From contig JAHYIS010000008.1 in NCBI GenBank assembly GCA_019429385.1, forward strand, positions 4,318 through 68,317: DNA of 64,000 nucleotides, written 5' to 3'. The position numbers and the translations under genes are program-made. Of the stretch, positions 60,833-64,000 are shown one piece after another. The notes under the pieces are model-generated. The model did not search any database, was not told where the DNA came from, and worked only from the letters and a program-made list of their open reading frames with translations. Source of the stretch: ANME-2 cluster archaeon. Lineage in GTDB: Archaea; Halobacteriota; Methanosarcinia; Methanosarcinales; Methanocomedenaceae. The stretch's first letter is position 1. Every line of letters begins with the position of its first letter.

Positions 60833-62580
60833 ATGCCATTAGCATTGAAATCTCGCTTGTATTACCAGCTTATAATGAAGTAAAACGCTTGCATGATACG
60901 GTTATTACAACTGCGCAGACCCTGTCACAGATTACAGAATCTTTCGAGATCATAATCGCAGAGGACGGGAGTACTGATGGTACTGATCGCCTTGCTTCCC
61001 AGCTTGTATCAGAACTGGGTTATGTCCGACACCTTCACAATGACGAAAGACAGGGTCGGGGCCGGGCATTGAACCATGCTTTCAAGACTGCACGTGGTGA
61101 GATTCTCTGCTACATTGATGTGGACCTTGCTACTGATATGTCACACCTTGAAGAGTTGATTGCAGCTATCTACAGGGATGGCTATGATTTTGCCACTGGC
61201 TCCAGGATGATGCCGTACAGTGATGTAAAGCGGCCCATGAAACGTGGTATTGCTTCCAAAGGCTTTAACTTTCTTACCCGTACCTTGCTGGGTTCGAGCC
61301 TGTACGACCACCAGTGCGGGTTCAAGGCATTCAAACGGAGTTCCCTGTTCGAACTTATGGATTCGGTCGAGGACGAGCACTGGTTCTGGGATACCGAACT
61401 GCTGGTCAGGGCACAGCGTGCCGGTTACAAAGTAAAGGAATTCCCGGTTCGATGGCGACATGGAGGTGCCACCAAGGTTGACCTGGTCAAAGACGTGATT
61501 GGCATGGGCAGTCAGATAGTGAGATTGAGATGGCAGTTGAGCGCCCCGCACATAGGACGCAGGCGAAAGGTCTTACTAACGTTTATCCTGGCACTGATGC
61601 TGTTGTTCCTCATATTCACGCTCGTAGGTATAGAGGATGTATGGCAGGCTGCATTATCAGCATCATCACCGATGTTTGGCCTGGCAGTCGTGGTCTACCT
61701 TCTGTCCTGGCCGGTGAGAGGGGTCAGGTACCAGCATATCCTGGGGCGGCTGGGTTATGCTCACGACCTGAACTTCATTACCGGTACCATATTCATGAGC
61801 CAGTCTGCAAACGTGATACTCCCAGCCAGGATTGGCGATATCTCCCGGGCATACATCCTGAAAAAAGAAAAGGACATCCCCCTTACCACAGGTATGTCGT
61901 CGCTGGCCGTGGAACGAATATTTGACATTATTGCTATAACGGTCATTGGAATGATTTCTGTGCTTGTTGTTATGGCCGAGAAATCTATCGACAACTGGAT
62001 CATGCCCCTGATACTATCATCAGTAGCTATTATCGTACTGTTCTTTGCAGGTATCTACTTCCTCTCATCGCGGGGCAGGGACGGTTTATCCCCGGTTGAG
62101 CGCATCATATTCAGGTTTTCCAGGTCAGGAGATTACACCGACATGGTGGCTGGTATTGCCAGGAAATTCGTTGACGAGATCTTCACAGTATCTTCCAATG
62201 TAAAAGACTTCATCATAGTATTCTTTTCATCGCTGGTGGTCTGGACCATTGATATTCTCACCTGCTATATCGTGCTCTTTGCATTCCCGTTTGTGCATAA
62301 TACCACATCACCGACAACGTTGATAGCCATTGTGTTTTTAGCGGTGGCAGTGGGAAACCTTGCAAAGATGTTCCCAATCACGCCCGGCGCCATTGGTACG
62401 TACGAAGCCTCACTTACCCTTATATTCGGAATTGCAGGTATCGTCGGATATGTAGGGGCAGCAGCTGCAGTGATAGACCATATTATCAAGAACTCAGTTA
62501 CCCTGGTTTTCGGGGCAGTATACCTTACAAAGTTCAATATAAAATGGCCTGAATTGCTGGATATTAAGAAGAACAAATAA
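60833..62580 (+). CDS. Family-2 glycosyltransferase (dolichyl-phosphate-sugar synthase-like) fused to a flippase-like/LPG-synthase-type TM domain; the 5' end has a frame problem
   Basis: In the frame of track ORF 60889-62580, the sequence upstream of the annotated TTG already reads YAISIEISLVLPAYNEVKRLHDTV...EIIIAEDGSTDGT. The only nearby ATG (60833, after AGGAGA) is out of frame by one base. Confidence 0.75.
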
Positions 62581-62596
62581 CATTGGCGATACAGTT

Positions 62597-64000
62597 ATGG
62601 AATGGTTTGAAATAATACAATGGTGGGTGGTCCTTGAACTTATAGGACTTGCAGCCATGCCTGCTACTGCATGGATATTCAGGAACTTGCAGGATAGAGG
62701 TGTAACCCTGTCAAAGATCCTGGGACTTGTAATGGTGACATATTTCTCGTGGGTACTAACATACCTGGGTTTTGAATACAACACCATCATCGTCGGTATT
62801 TCTGTGTTGATGGTATTTTCCCTATCAATGGTCGTATTTGTGAACAGAGGATTTCACTTCGATCAAAAAACTCTTGTCAGGTCGGAACTATTGTTCACTG
62901 CAGCTTTCCTGTTTTTTGTAATTCTGCGGGCATACCGTCCGGAAATATTCTGGACCGGGGGTGAGAAATTCATGGATATGAGTTTTATCAATATCATACT
63001 CCGCAGCACCAGTTTCCCTCCCATGGACCCCTGGCTCTCAGGCGAACCTATGCAGTACTATTATTTTGGCTATCTTGTGGCCGCCAACCTGATCAAGCTC
63101 TCTGGAGTTCAAGCAGCTATCGGATTCAACCTCGGGGTAGCATCCATGTTCGCCCTCTCTGTCACAGCAGCGTACGGGCTGGGGGAGCATTTGACCCGTA
63201 GCCGTATATTTGGGCTGTTGGTCATGGCGTTCGTGGTAATATTCGGAAACCTGGCTGGATTTGTACAGTTACTGGTGATATTGTTCATCCCAAAATATTA
63301 TGGCATGTTCAATGTCCCAGCCGGGAATGTGTTGACACGCCTGTCCACGTACAACTACTGGCCTACCAGCAGGGTGATTCCAAACACCATCAATGAGTTC
63401 CCGTATTTCAGTTTTATCCAGGCAGACCTTCATGCCCATATGATCGCAATAGCATTCCAGCTTTTAATGATCGCCCTGTTGTTGAATTTGCTGCTTCAGG
63501 GAAAGGAATACAACTACCCTGCACTGGCAGCGGTCGCCCTGTTGCTGGGATTCATGTTCCCACTGAACTCCTGGGACTATCCCACCTATGCAATATTCTT
63601 TGTTATTGTTATGCTGGCATGGAGAATACGGGTATCTGCCAAACCGGGGAAGCAAAGCAGCTTTGTGGGCAGGATAATGGCCCCATTTCCAAATGAATAT
63701 GCCAGTACATTAGGCATGTGTGCTATTGTTGGCATAAGCAGTATACTATTATACCTACCCTACCATGTGATAGCCAGTGGCGTGTCGCATTCCATTAAGC
63801 TGGTCAAGTACGACCAGACTCAGCTTATTTTCTATTTGGGAGTGTTCGGTATTTTACTGTTCTTTATTCTCGTGTATGCCATTGATCGATTCTATGATCG
63901 GTTTTATCCGGATATGAAACTGATACTGTCCGGCCTTGTTCTTGCAGCTCTTGCGGCATACCTGAGCAACATCCAGATCCTGGTCATAGTCCTTCCCCTC
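62597..64000 (+). CDS. Large polytopic membrane protein of the DUF2298 / YYY family (GT-C-like), 3' end beyond the window
   Basis: Absent from the ORF track because there is no stop in the window. Translation from ATG 62597 gives MEWFEIIQWWVVLELIGLAAMPATAWIF...GGEKFMDMSFINIILRSTSFPPMDPWLSGEPMQYYYFGY...INEFPYFSFIQADLHAHM. The frame stays open to 64000. Confidence 0.8.
   Translation, partial: MEWFEIIQWWVVLELIGLAAMPATAWIFRNLQDRGVTLSKILGLVMVTYFSWVLTYLGFEYNTIIVGISVLMVFSLSMVVFVNRGFHFDQKTLVRSELLFTAAFLFFVILRAYRPEIFWTGGEKFMDMSFINIILRSTSFPPMDPWLSGEPMQYYYFGYLVAANLIKLSGVQAAIGFNLGVASMFALSVTAAYGLGEHLTRSRIFGLLVMAFVVIFGNLAGFVQLLVILFIPKYYGMFNVPAGNVLTRLSTYNYWPTSRVIPNTINEFPYFSFIQADLHAHMIAIAFQLLMIALLLNLLLQGKEYNYPALAAVALLLGFMFPLNSWDYPTYAIFFVIVMLAWRIRVSAKPGKQSSFVGRIMAPFPNEYASTLGMCAIVGISSILLYLPYHVIASGVSHSIKLVKYDQTQLIFYLGVFGILLFFILVYAIDRFYDRFYPDMKLILSGLVLAALAAYLSNIQILVIVLPL

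Overview
This window reads as a chromosomal segment of a euryarchaeon of the methanogen/methanotroph type, probably Methanosarcinales, ANME-2 or Methanoperedens-like. The archaeal markers are TBP, thermosome, ribosomal protein S6e, AglB, F420 genes cofD and cofG, an H4MPT-linked C1 protein, and tRNA introns with bulge-helix-bulge (BHB) splice motifs. I found no rRNA, CRISPR array, transposase or integrase.

Most of the window is housekeeping:
- uvrA and uvrB
- a P-type ATPase, which runs off the 5' edge on the minus strand and is absent from the ORF track
- crcB, ino1, an aquaporin, tsr3 and cobQ
- nucleotide-sugar genes
- a six-gene aldehyde dehydrogenase / aminotransferase / aspartase-fumarase / sdhABC operon
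- a five-tRNA cluster

The most interesting region is an AT-rich island at about 20.2-28.7 kb. It holds AglB, three multihaem c-type cytochromes (5, 4 and 8 CxxCH motifs) and a surface protein. A SipW/Sec11-type signal peptidase gene sits between the tetrahaem and octahaem genes. Both of those cytochromes begin with the same SipW-cognate-like N-terminus (..LAYFDGQHVF / ..ISYFTGQHTF). I read this as a candidate dedicated secretion and assembly system for extracellular cytochrome polymers.

Other points worth a second look:
- a conserved-unknown / Zn-ribbon / aquaporin operon
- a 267-bp MITE-like inverted-repeat element
- three indel-like frame breaks at short homopolymers, which could be pseudogenes or assembly errors
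- a triple 16-bp operator-like repeat in a second AT-rich ATPase island
- a protein carrying both cohesin and dockerin modules
- a high-GC erythromycin-esterase-like gene

All homology calls come from motifs I recognised by eye. Family names are from memory, and many start codons are uncertain because the ORF track also opens ORFs at TTG and GTG.
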